In this document: piece after piece, positions 17,571-25,381 of the stretch
Layout: each line of letters begins with the position of its first letter
Position numbering within the stretch: the first letter of the stretch is position 1
Origin: a virus
Taxonomy: Duplodnaviria; Heunggongvirae; Uroviricota; Caudoviricetes
Strand: one strand, 5' to 3'
IMG/VR virus record: IMGVR_UViG_2671180275_000010
Length of the DNA stretch: 42,548 nt
Made by a program: the position numbers and the translations under genes
The notes under the pieces: generated by a model
The model's database searches: none
What the model was told of the DNA's origin: nothing
Seen by the model: the letters and a program-made list of their open reading frames with translations, nothing else

Positions 17571-17805
17571 ACCTCACAATTCAGGCGGTTGACTGTTGTC
17601 TGGTTTGCGGGGAGTTTGTTAAAAGAAACTGGCATGGTGAATCCCCCTGTGCGGAGGGGCAATCAGCAACTGGTGTTTTGTCACCGACCCTTATCCTTTC
17701 TGTGCGGGTTCAGGTGCTGATACTGAACTCACCGGGAGGCACCCGGCACCATGCAATGGCACATAGCGCCACTCTCCAGCCCCTCTCCGGAGGGGCTTTT
17801 CTGTG
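17571..17805 (+). repeat. Late promoter/leader/terminator-like unit, copy 1 (TTGACT -35-like motif, conserved hairpins, terminal GCCCCTC-TCCG-GAGGGGC hairpin + U-tract)
   Basis: Shares three conserved blocks with copy 2, in the same order and spacing. Confidence 0.5.
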
Positions 17806-17991
17806 CCGGATACATCACAGTTTCTGGAACCTTGGGTACTACAGTATCAGTCAGGGTGCTATATTTTCAGATGTGATGAAAGCCTGTCAGCAGGCAGGGC
17901 GTATCGGAAATGACCCAGTAGAGAAAACGTTGACTCAGATACCGGTGCTGAGTTACCGGGAAACCGGCATCACATGACCGCTATCCTTCCA

Positions 17992-18018
17992 GGCCCATCC
18001 GCTCCGGTGGGCCTTTTT
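17992..18018 (+). terminator. Intrinsic terminator (GGCCCA-N10-TGGGCC + TTTTT)
   Basis: Hairpin with T-run between the two repeat units. Confidence 0.5.
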
Positions 18019-18055
18019 ACTGCAGAAAACAGGTTCCCCGTTAAATGCTATGTTG

Positions 18056-18292
18056 CTCACAATTCAGTAAGTTGACAGTTGCCTGTCAGACTGGGCATTT
18101 GTTAAAAAAATTTCGCATGGTGAATCCCCCTGAGCGGAGGGGCGACTGGTGACGGTATAATCTCTGATTATCAAAACGAGAATGACGCGGGTTTAGTGGC
18201 ACCGGGCTGAACTCACCGGGAGGCACCCGGCACCATGTGCATGATGATACAGATACGCGGCTTTAGCCCCTCTCCGGAGGGGCTTTCTTGTG
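18056..18292 (+). repeat. Late promoter/leader/terminator-like unit, copy 2 (TTGACA motif, internal TATAAT at about 18156, terminal GCCCCTC-TCCG-GAGGGGC hairpin)
   Basis: Paralogous to copy 1; immediately upstream of nanS-p and the lysis genes. Confidence 0.5.
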
Positions 18293-18295
18293 GGC

Positions 18296-18321
18296 AAAAA
18301 AAAGCCCGAGTGGGTTCGGGC
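18296..18321 (-). terminator. Minus-strand intrinsic terminator (GCCCGA-GTGGGT-TCGGGC followed by 8 U on the minus strand)
   Basis: Hairpin preceded on the plus strand by AAAAAAAA. Confidence 0.45.
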
Positions 18322-18376
18322 AACAGCATGAGATATACATTTTTATAATCGAATGGATTTTAACCAGAATTCATAA

Positions 18377-18401
18377 GGCTGCGCAACTGCGCGGCCTTTT
18401 T
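18377..18401 (+). terminator. Terminator-like hairpin + T-run upstream of nanS-p
   Basis: GGCTGCGCAACTGCGCGGCC near-palindrome followed by TTTTTCG. Confidence 0.4.
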
Positions 18402-18503
18402 CGTATTGCGGGCTGTAGTCTTCCTCCTGCAATTGTCCTGTAACTTCCGGACTTCAGCTCGCTCCTTATCTGACTCACAACATTATCCCGACCGGGAGGA
18501 TTC

Positions 18504-20483
18504 ATGACATTTAAACACTACGATGTGGTCAGGGCGGCGTCGCCGTCAGACCTTGCGGAGCGACTGACTCAAAAACTGAAGGAGGGGTGGCAGCCATTTG
18601 GCAGCCCGGTGGCCATCACGCCTTATACCCTGATGCAGGCCATTGCGGCGGAAGGTGATGTCACCACACCTGTGGTGGTGAAGCCGTCGGATGGAGAAGG
18701 CACAGTTATCAGCACCACCAGCGAACCGGAGTATTACTTTGTTGTTGTTCTGGCGGGGCAGTCAAACTCAATGTCTTTTGGTGAAGGGCTGCCGCTGCCG
18801 GAGACATATGACCGTCCGGACCCGCGTATTAAACAGCTGGCGCGTCGCAGTACGGTGACGCCGGGTGGTGCCGCCTGTAAATATAACGACATCATTCCGG
18901 CAGACCACTGTCTGCATGATGTGCAGGATATGAGTAACCTGAATCATCCTCATGCAGACCTGAGTAAGGGACAGTACGGTTGTGTGGGGCATGCTCTGCA
19001 TGTTGCCAAAAAGCTGCTGCCGTTTATGCCTGCGAATGCGGGTATCCTTCTTGTTCCATGTGGCCGTGGCGATTCGGGATTTACTGCGGGAGTCGAGGGG
19101 GCGTTTAACGAAGCGTCGGGAGCGACCGCAGGCTCGTCCCTGTGGGGGGCGGATAAACCGCTGTATCATGACCTGGTCAGCAGAACCCGTGCGGCCCTGA
19201 AGAAAAATCCGAAGAACGTGCTGTTATCAGTGATTTGGATGCAGGGAGAAAAAGATGTCAGTTCGGGGAGACATGCAGAACACAATGCGCTTTTCCTTGC
19301 CATGGTAAATCAGTTCCGTACGGAACTGGCAGATGTGGCAGAGCAGTGTACTGGCGGGACAACGGCCAGCGTCCCGTGGATTTGCGGTGATACCACGTAC
19401 TACTGGAAGGAAAGGTATGCAGCGCCGTATGAGGCGGTTTACGGTGGGTATAAAGGCAAAGCTGCGCAGAATATTCACTTTGTGCCGTTGATGACGGATG
19501 AGCATGGTGTGAATGTGCCGACAAACGAGCCGTCAGAAGATCCGGACATTATCCCGGCGGGATACTATGGCGCTGCGTCACGCACTGCCAGTAACTGGAC
19601 GTCAGCCGATCGTAAAACGCACTTCAGTTCATGGGCGCGAAGAGGCCTTGTTTCAGACCGCCTGGCAGGTGCCATTTTGCAGTACGCCGGGCGGACATTA
19701 TCGTTCCTTACCGGGCAGAGCGCATCGCTGTCGGGTGGTACAACTCCTGTCAGTCCGGGGACACCGGATGTTGAGAAACCGCAGGATGGCGGTGTTGCTG
19801 GTACTGGTCATGATGAGGCCGTGAGCAGTACCAGGACGGTGGCTGAATATGATGCGAACAGTGGAAATGGTGTATGGACAGAGCAGCAGTGGGGGGCTGC
19901 CGGTGGCAAAGGCACTGTGACTGATGACGGTGGACGGAAAGCGCTGCGACTGGAAAAACAGCCCGGTAAACTGACGTCCTGGAAAATGTTCCGTACTGTT
20001 GCAGTGGAGGAGGCAAAAAATCTTCTCAGCAAGGGGGGTGAAATTGCCGTACGGTTCAAAATTCCGGATGGAAGCGAACTGGTGAACGGACAGTTTGTCT
20101 TTGGTCTCTACTGGCCGGTGTCGCAGTGGGCGTCAGGCGCGGCAGCAAACAGTATGCTGGCATCATTCTTCCTTCAGACGGATGCATCAAATCTGAATCT
20201 TATGCACCACAAGGGCACGTCGAATGCACAACTGGGTACATTTGGTGCGTTTGACCATAACTGGCATACGGTTGTTTTCCGCTTTGCGGGAAATAACAGC
20301 GAAAGAGTCGTTCCGGTGATTGATGGTACAGAGCAGACGGCGTTTGACCTTGTGATGTGGACAAATGATGGCTTTACAGCAGATACGCTGACGCTGACAG
20401 ATATCACGGGGGCAAAAGCGACGTATCCTGTCCTGCTTGATACGGTCACAGTCAAAGTTAACGAAAGCCGGGCATCATCATAA
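18504..20483 (+). CDS. nanS-p: NanS-p-type phage sialate O-acetylesterase (DUF1737 N-terminal domain + SGNH/SASA esterase domain + C-terminal carbohydrate-binding-like region)
   Basis: 659 aa; N-terminal MTFKHYDVVRAASPSDLAERLTQKLKEGWQPFGSPVA (DUF1737-like); esterase block YYFVVVLAGQSNSMSFGEG; GGGAGG SD; occupies the Q-to-lysis moron position as in EHEC Stx prophages. Confidence 0.85.
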   Translation: MTFKHYDVVRAASPSDLAERLTQKLKEGWQPFGSPVAITPYTLMQAIAAEGDVTTPVVVKPSDGEGTVISTTSEPEYYFVVVLAGQSNSMSFGEGLPLPETYDRPDPRIKQLARRSTVTPGGAACKYNDIIPADHCLHDVQDMSNLNHPHADLSKGQYGCVGHALHVAKKLLPFMPANAGILLVPCGRGDSGFTAGVEGAFNEASGATAGSSLWGADKPLYHDLVSRTRAALKKNPKNVLLSVIWMQGEKDVSSGRHAEHNALFLAMVNQFRTELADVAEQCTGGTTASVPWICGDTTYYWKERYAAPYEAVYGGYKGKAAQNIHFVPLMTDEHGVNVPTNEPSEDPDIIPAGYYGAASRTASNWTSADRKTHFSSWARRGLVSDRLAGAILQYAGRTLSFLTGQSASLSGGTTPVSPGTPDVEKPQDGGVAGTGHDEAVSSTRTVAEYDANSGNGVWTEQQWGAAGGKGTVTDDGGRKALRLEKQPGKLTSWKMFRTVAVEEAKNLLSKGGEIAVRFKIPDGSELVNGQFVFGLYWPVSQWASGAAANSMLASFFLQTDASNLNLMHHKGTSNAQLGTFGAFDHNWHTVVFRFAGNNSERVVPVIDGTEQTAFDLVMWTNDGFTADTLTLTDITGAKATYPVLLDTVTVKVNESRASS

Positions 20484-20488
20484 CCGGC

Positions 20489-20525
20489 AAAAAAAGCCGC
20501 CAGCGGCAGGAACGGAAGCTGGCGG
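20489..20525 (-). terminator. Minus-strand terminator-like hairpin after nanS-p
   Basis: GCCGCCAGC ... GCTGGCGG stem preceded on the plus strand by AAAAAAA. Confidence 0.35.
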
Positions 20526-20622
20526 AGGTAATCCCAATGGAGAATGTAAAGAAAAGATGCTTTCGTATATCGGTTTTTTAAATGAAAACAGTTCTCATTG
20601 TCAACCATAACGGTAAGAAACT

Positions 20623-20817
20623 ATGACATTTATTCATCAGGTGATGCTGTACTTCTGTACGGCGGTCTGTGTGCTGTATCTTCTTTCGGGTGGGTACAGG
20701 GCAGTGCGCGATTTCTGGCGCAGGCAGATTGATAAAAGGGCCGCAGAGAAAATCAGCGCCAGTCAGTCAGCCGGAGCAAAAACAGAAGCCCCACTCATTC
20801 CGGAACAACCTTCTTAA
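20623..20817 (+). CDS. Small membrane protein, hypothetical
   Basis: 64 aa with N-terminal hydrophobic helix (LYFCTAVCVLYLLSGG). Confidence 0.4.
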   Translation: MTFIHQVMLYFCTAVCVLYLLSGGYRAVRDFWRRQIDKRAAEKISASQSAGAKTEAPLIPEQPS

Positions 20818-20842
20818 TAACCCCTTTCAACGAGAAAATCCT

Positions 20843-21112
20843 ATGTCAGAAATAAAATCGCTGGTCACTGCTGAGGCAGTGAAGGAAGTCCTGCGCTCTG
20901 AAGAAGTCCGGAGCGCACTGAAACAGCAACTTCGGCAGAACCTTGAGGCGCGTCTTGATGCAGAAGTGGATGCCATTCTGGATGAACTGCTGGGCGCACC
21001 GACTGTTCCGGAGCCGGAAGGCATTGCGGATGACAGTGCTGTTTCAGATGGCGTCGGGTCTCAGCCTGACGGTAGTGAAGAGCCTCAGCCTGACGGCGAA
21101 ATGATGATGTAA
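20843..21112 (+). CDS. Acidic hypothetical protein
   Basis: Internal ATG (Met59) of track ORF 20669..21112; 89 aa, highly acidic C-terminus. Confidence 0.4.
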   Translation: MSEIKSLVTAEAVKEVLRSEEVRSALKQQLRQNLEARLDAEVDAILDELLGAPTVPEPEGIADDSAVSDGVGSQPDGSEEPQPDGEMMM

Positions 21113-21187
21113 CCATGCGCAGGGGGTGTCGGTGTGAGCTGATGCCCCACTTGTTGTTGTGAGCTTCCGGATTGCGGGAGACGGGGT

Positions 21188-21403
21188 ATGTACCAGATGG
21201 AAAAAATCACAACAGGTGTGTCATACACCACGTCAGCGGTGGGAACGGGCTACTGGTTCCTGCAGTTGCTGGACAGGGTTTCCCCGTCTCAGTGGGCGGC
21301 AATAGGCGTGCTGGGGAGTCTGCTGTTTGGTCTGCTGACATATCTGACGAACCTGTATTTCAAAATTAAAGAAGACCGGCGTAAGGCGGCGCGGGGAGAG
21401 TAG
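21188..21403 (+). CDS. S: Class II holin, phage-21 S-type (pinholin) with possible dual-start motif (MYQMEK)
   Basis: 71 aa; near-identical over most of its length to my recollection of S21 ([51 protein letters not shown]). Confidence 0.85.
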   Translation: MYQMEKITTGVSYTTSAVGTGYWFLQLLDRVSPSQWAAIGVLGSLLFGLLTYLTNLYFKIKEDRRKAARGE

Positions 21404-21406
21404 ACG

Positions 21407-22042
21407 ATGAATAAACAATACGAACTGGTTGTTAAAGGGATAAATAATTACCCGGATAAGATTACTGTTACTGTGGCACTGGAAATTGCCGGGCAGCCGT
21501 CGTTGTTGTCGCCATATGTGGCGATTAGTCTTGACCGTACTGAAGGTGCCACGCTGGAATTTTACGAAGCTGAGGCGAAAAAACAGGCGAAGCAGTTTTT
21601 CATGGATATTGCTGCCGCTTTATGTGAAGGGGATGAGCAGTCGCCGGAAAAGCGCCCCATAATTTTAGAGGCGCAGGATGTGTTGATAACCTACAGAGGA
21701 AAACTACCGGGAATAATTACTGGTTCTCTGAAGACGCCACCGACGGCATTGCGGTCAGAAAACGATGATATTGAATCACGCATTGAAAAACTGGAGTGCT
21801 ATATCGCTGAATTGAAAAAAAGCACCCCAACAAAAAATGAGGTGCTTGCAGCAGATGAAATGAAAGAAACTATTCTTGATCGCGCGGCGCATCTAAGCTG
21901 CGCTTCACGGTTGAAAGAGCATCTTCAGCGGCCTGAAGAAAAACGCCGCGATGAGCAGTTCGCGGCGTTTTACGATTATTGCATTGAAGTTACTCGCAGG
22001 AATTTTGTGAAGGCTTTTGAGGAGAGTAAATCTCTTCAGTAA
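21407..22042 (+). CDS. Hypothetical protein inserted in the lysis cassette
   Basis: 211-aa ORF starting 3 nt after the holin stop with GGAGAG SD; AT-richer than neighbours; no recognisable motif. Confidence 0.55.
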   Translation: MNKQYELVVKGINNYPDKITVTVALEIAGQPSLLSPYVAISLDRTEGATLEFYEAEAKKQAKQFFMDIAAALCEGDEQSPEKRPIILEAQDVLITYRGKLPGIITGSLKTPPTALRSENDDIESRIEKLECYIAELKKSTPTKNEVLAADEMKETILDRAAHLSCASRLKEHLQRPEEKRRDEQFAAFYDYCIEVTRRNFVKAFEESKSLQ

Positions 22043-22250
22043 GCTTAATGGCGGACGCTGCAATTAATTCAGGAAGGTCCGCAAGGTCATCTGTCAGTGG
22101 GAATGATGAAAAATCGGCGGCAGTTCTGTTAAGAATTGCTTTAACTAATTCCTTTTCCTCATCCGGCAACACGTTGATTAGAGCTACGACTGCTTGCCTG
22201 AGTGCGATTAAATCAGCAAAAGTTTGTTTTGGTAGATTTGGATAATCCAT
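21990..22250 (-). CDS. Hypothetical 86-aa protein, convergent with and overlapping the 3' end of the 211-aa gene
   Basis: Internal ATG (Met76) of track ORF 21990..22475 preceded by GAGGTG SD; protein-like composition; the competing plus-strand ORF 22048..22245 is low-complexity. Confidence 0.45.
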   Translation of the reverse strand: MDYPNLPKQTFADLIALRQAVVALINVLPDEEKELVKAILNRTAADFSSFPLTDDLADLPELIAASAIKLTEEIYSPQKPSQNSCE

Positions 22251-22361
22251 AGTCACCTCTGTGTTTATCAGATTGACATACCCTGGCCAGTGCCCACCAC
22301 TGGCGGGGTGAAGGCTTAACATATCCAGGGATTCGGAACCGATAAATCCTGATAAATATCC

Positions 22362-22895
22362 ATGAACGCAAAAATCAAATACGGCCTGTCGGCTGCCGTT
22401 CTGGCGCTGATTGCCGCAGGGGCTTCTGCGCCTGAAATTCTCGACCAGTTTCTGGATGAAAAGGAAGGTAACCACACCACGGCATACCGTGATGGTGCAG
22501 GTATCTGGACCATCTGCCGTGGTGCCATCATGGTGGATGGCAAACCTGTCGTTCCGGGCATGAAGTTGTCGAAGGAAAAATGCGACCAGGTTAACGCCAT
22601 TGAGCGTGATAAAGCGCTGGCGTGGGTGGAGAAAAACATCAGAGTGCCGCTGACCGAACCCCAGAAAGCGGGGATCGCGTCATTCTGTCCGTATAACATT
22701 GGTCCCGGTAAGTGTTTCCCGTCGACGTTTTATAAACGAATTAATGCAGGCGATCGCAGGGGAGCGTGTGAGGCGATTCGCTGGTGGATTAAGGACGGTG
22801 GCAGAGACTGCCGTATTCGTTCAAACAACTGCTACGGTCAGGTATCCCGTCGTGACCAGGAGAGCGCGCTGGCGTGCTGGGGTATCGACAGATAA
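22362..22895 (+). CDS. R: SAR endolysin (T4-lysozyme-like muramidase, GH24, R21-type)
   Basis: 177 aa; N-terminal weakly hydrophobic SAR-like segment (YGLSAAVLALIAAGASAP); catalytic E-x8-D-x5-T (EGNHTTAYRDGAGIWTICRG) as in R21. Confidence 0.9.
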   Translation: MNAKIKYGLSAAVLALIAAGASAPEILDQFLDEKEGNHTTAYRDGAGIWTICRGAIMVDGKPVVPGMKLSKEKCDQVNAIERDKALAWVEKNIRVPLTEPQKAGIASFCPYNIGPGKCFPSTFYKRINAGDRRGACEAIRWWIKDGGRDCRIRSNNCYGQVSRRDQESALACWGIDR

Positions 22896-22984
22896 GCAGA
22901 ATATTTTGCTGAAAAATAAGGTATGGCCACGCGGGCGGATAACACGAAATCCTGCGAACTGACAAAAACTAAGTGAATAAAAGT

Positions 22985-23026
22985 AAAAACCCCGTTTGTT
23001 GGCTGCAAGCGGGGTTTTGTGTTTCC
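22985..23026 (+). terminator. Terminator-like hairpin downstream of R
   Basis: AAAACCCCG ... CGGGGTTTT stem followed by GTGTTT. Confidence 0.35.
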
Positions 23027-23054
23027 TGACTCTGGAAAAGTCAAAGGAGAAAGT

Positions 23055-23192
23055 GTGTTTGATTTTAGCAAACTGATTCGGGAGATTCGAGTGATGGCTG
23101 AAAAATTATCCACCTGGAAGTTCATTCTTATCTGGCTGGTGTTTGTGATTATGGCCTCCGGTTATTTCATCGGTCAGATACGCTGGTGGTGA
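23055..23192 (+). CDS. Small hydrophobic protein (45 aa) between R and Rz
   Basis: GTG start 5 nt after AAAGGAGA SD; hydrophobic core WKFILIWLVFVIMASGYFIG; stop lies 1 nt before the Rz start codon. Confidence 0.4.
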   Translation: MFDFSKLIREIRVMAEKLSTWKFILIWLVFVIMASGYFIGQIRWW

Positions 23193-23193
23193 A

Positions 23194-23661
23194 ATGAACC
23201 GCGTACTGTGCGTGGTCATCATTGCCCTGCTGGTGGCCTGTGGTGCGCTTAGTCTGGGGCTGAATCATTACCGTGATAACGCCATAACCTACAAAGAGCA
23301 GCGCGATAAAAAAGTCAGTGAGCTGGAGCTGGCAAATGCAACCATTACTGATATGCAGCAGCGCCAGCGTGATGTTGCTGCACTTGATGCCAGATACTCG
23401 AGGGAATTAGCCGATGCGAGAGCTGAAAATGAAACTCTTCGCGCTGACGTTGCCGCTGGTCACCGCAGCCTGCGGATCAACGCCACCTGTCCAGGTCCCG
23501 TGCGTGAAGCCACCGGCACCGCCCGCGTGGATAATGCAACCGGCCCCCAACTGGCAGACACCGTTACACGGGATTATTTCACCCTCAGAGAGCGGCTGAT
23601 GACGATGCAGAAGCAACTGGAAGGGGCACAGGACTATATCCGCACTCAGTGCCTGAAATAA
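23194..23661 (+). CDS. Rz: Rz i-spanin
   Basis: 155 aa; N-terminal TM helix and coiled-coil periplasmic domain; contains embedded Rz1 frame. Confidence 0.85.
   Translation: MNRVLCVVIIALLVACGALSLGLNHYRDNAITYKEQRDKKVSELELANATITDMQQRQRDVAALDARYSRELADARAENETLRADVAAGHRSLRINATCPGPVREATGTARVDNATGPQLADTVTRDYFTLRERLMTMQKQLEGAQDYIRTQCLK
23414..23599 (+). CDS. Rz1: Rz1 o-spanin lipoprotein, embedded in the +1 frame of Rz
   Basis: 61 aa; lipobox LVTAAC, proline-rich mature part. Confidence 0.75.
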   Translation: MRELKMKLFALTLPLVTAACGSTPPVQVPCVKPPAPPAWIMQPAPNWQTPLHGIISPSESG

Positions 23662-24011
23662 GTTTTGCTGATGCGCGGTATTGTCGCCGTATCCCCGCAT
23701 TAACAGAGACCGCAGCCCGACAGGGAGACTCCTCTGCGCGAGTGTGCGGGGATAATCAAAAACGATACACACCGGGGTTTACCGCGTTAACGGAGCGCGG
23801 CGTTGTCCCCTCATAGTCGCCTGTCCGGTGCGATGGTGGAAGAAGCCGGATGTTTATCACTATTAATTGATGACACAGAAATGGATTCATTGAATTTCAG
23901 CACGTTTTTGTATTCGTGTTATTGAACATCTGTTTATTTTACTTTTAACATATTGATAATAAAAAGAGCTGTAAATCTTTAGATGAGTCGATTTTGTCCG
24001 GGGAAGTTCAA

Positions 24012-24152
24012 ATGGATTTTATGCTGACGGTTTCTGGTGTGGTTATCCTGTCCATTGCTTATACTGCAGATAAATATGGCTGCCATTTGTTATCACGTAT
24101 TGGCGCTTATTGTTCGTTGATGCTGATTTTCTCGTCGCTTTTTTTTGAGTAA
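24012..24152 (+). CDS. Possible small membrane protein (about 46 aa)
   Basis: Hydrophobic ORF in the AT-rich Rz-cos region; weak SD; not in ORF track. Confidence 0.2.
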   Translation: MDFMLTVSGVVILSIAYTADKYGCHLLSRIGAYCSLMLIFSSLFFE

Positions 24153-24284
24153 GTTATATTAATTATAACAAATAATTTTCTGTGTTATTTTTTCAGGCTA
24201 TCCCGTCAGAGGGGAAGCCTGTACTGCCAGGGAGCGAATGGAAAACTGATGTGTCCGGTAACTGCGTGTTCTGTGAACACCATG

Positions 24285-24470
24285 TTACTTAATTATGTAA
24301 TTCATACCCGAACTCTCTGTTGACAGCCTTCTTCTGCAGGCTTCAATAACCCACGCTGAAAAGTTTCCTGAACCTTTCAGATCAAGAGCGATGTTAATTT
24401 GTTCAATCATCTGGTTTGGAAATCGGATGTTGCGGGTTGTTGTTCTGCGCGTTCTGTTCTTTGATGACAT
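24285..24470 (-). CDS. Ribbon-helix-helix (Arc/MetJ/CopG-like) DNA-binding protein
   Basis: 61 aa; beta-strand/helix/G-x-S turn/helix pattern (RNIRFPNQMIEQINIALDLKGSGNFSAWVIEACRRRL); GGGGAA SD; inverted repeats (TGACGCAG ... CTGCGTCA) in its upstream region. Confidence 0.55.
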   Translation of the reverse strand: MSSKNRTRRTTTRNIRFPNQMIEQINIALDLKGSGNFSAWVIEACRRRLSTESSGMNYIIK

Positions 24471-24676
24471 AATGTTTCCCCATATTCAGTGTTGCTGATT
24501 TGTATTATCAGAAGTTGCTTTTACGTTAATTTGACGCAGATCAATTAATACGATACCTGCGTCATAATTGATTATTTCTCGTGGTTTGATGGCGTACACA
24601 CATGTTGTGATAAACCTTATATAGATGATAATCATTATCATTTCGTGGGTCCTTTCCGGCGATCCGACCGGTTACG

Positions 24677-24688
24677 GGGCGGCGACCT
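24677..24688. other. cos: cosN cohesive-end site (GGGCGGCGACCT), lambda-type; flanking cosQ/cosB region about 24600-24870
   Basis: Twelve-base sequence identical to the lambda cohesive end, in lambda-like context (CGCGGATTTTCACTATTTATGAAAATTTTCCGG) just upstream of Nu1. Confidence 0.8.
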
Positions 24689-24871
24689 CGCGGATTTTCA
24701 CTATTTATGAAAATTTTCCGGGATCCATGTCCGGTTTCTCTGCAAGTTAACCATATGAAAAATATAAAAACATGCTTTCCATGAACCGGACATGCGCAAA
24801 AAATAGACACTAAAACCGGACATGACCGGTTTTGTTGTGATTGTGAGGTGAGAGTTTTTGCGAGGTGAGGA

Positions 24872-25381
24872 GTGGCTACGCAGACTGAAGTTGCCAGGCA
24901 TTTAAGTCTGACCGATCGCCAGCTTCGCAGATTGCAGAAATTGCCGGGTGCCCCGATATCGAATAAGCGAGGGCAACTGGATCTGGATGCCTGGCGCGAT
25001 TTTTACATATCGTATCTGAGAAGAAGTAAAAACGATGTGCCTGATGGCGATAGCGAAGACGACTATGAGGAGAAATTGCTTATTGCCAGATGGGAACTGA
25101 CAGCAGAACAGGCTGTTACACAGCAGTTAAAAAATGAGGTGTCAAAAGGAAAACTTATTGACACCGGGTTCTGTATTTTTGCCCTCAGCAAGCTGGCAAT
25201 GGCGTTATCCAGTACGCTTGATTCCATCCCTTTATCCATGCAGCGACAGTTTCCTGATTTAACTCCGCGCCATCTTGACCATCTGAAAACCCTTATTGCG
25301 AAGGGGGCAAATCAGTGTGCGCGGGCGGGGGATAAATTACCGGATTTACTCGATGAATATATCAGAGCAACAACTGAATAA
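24872..25381 (+). CDS. nu1: Terminase small subunit (Nu1-like)
   Basis: 169 aa; C-terminal block FCIFALSKLAMALSSTLDSIPLSMQRQFPDLTPRHLDHLK aligns with lambda Nu1. Confidence 0.9.
   Translation: MATQTEVARHLSLTDRQLRRLQKLPGAPISNKRGQLDLDAWRDFYISYLRRSKNDVPDGDSEDDYEEKLLIARWELTAEQAVTQQLKNEVSKGKLIDTGFCIFALSKLAMALSSTLDSIPLSMQRQFPDLTPRHLDHLKTLIAKGANQCARAGDKLPDLLDEYIRATTE

Noticed and set aside
11829-18292. CRISPR array
   Set aside because: The only repeats are coding iterons in the replication gene (11829-11873) and the two diverged 240-bp regulatory units (17571-18292); no regularly spaced short repeats with unique spacers
17050-18503. tRNA genes between Q and the lysis genes (as in 933W-type Stx phages)
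   Set aside because: No cloverleaf-compatible segment with a GTTC-type T-loop and acceptor stem was found by eye; the GC-rich hairpins here are followed by T-runs and read as terminators
17050-18503. Shiga toxin stxA/stxB genes upstream of nanS-p
   Set aside because: No ORFs of the right size (about 315 and 89 aa with signal peptides) exist in this interval; only a 59-aa ORF and a spurious 99-aa ORF (17678..17977) overlapping terminator hairpins
22048-22245. 65-aa plus-strand ORF in the S-R insert
   Set aside because: Ser/Ala-rich low-complexity translation with no SD; the overlapping minus-strand ORF has a strong SD and protein-like composition
23662-24676. bor or lom lipoprotein/OMP genes between Rz and cos
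   Set aside because: No ORF with a signal peptide plus lipobox or beta-barrel size in either strand; only an RHH ORF and a mini-ORF
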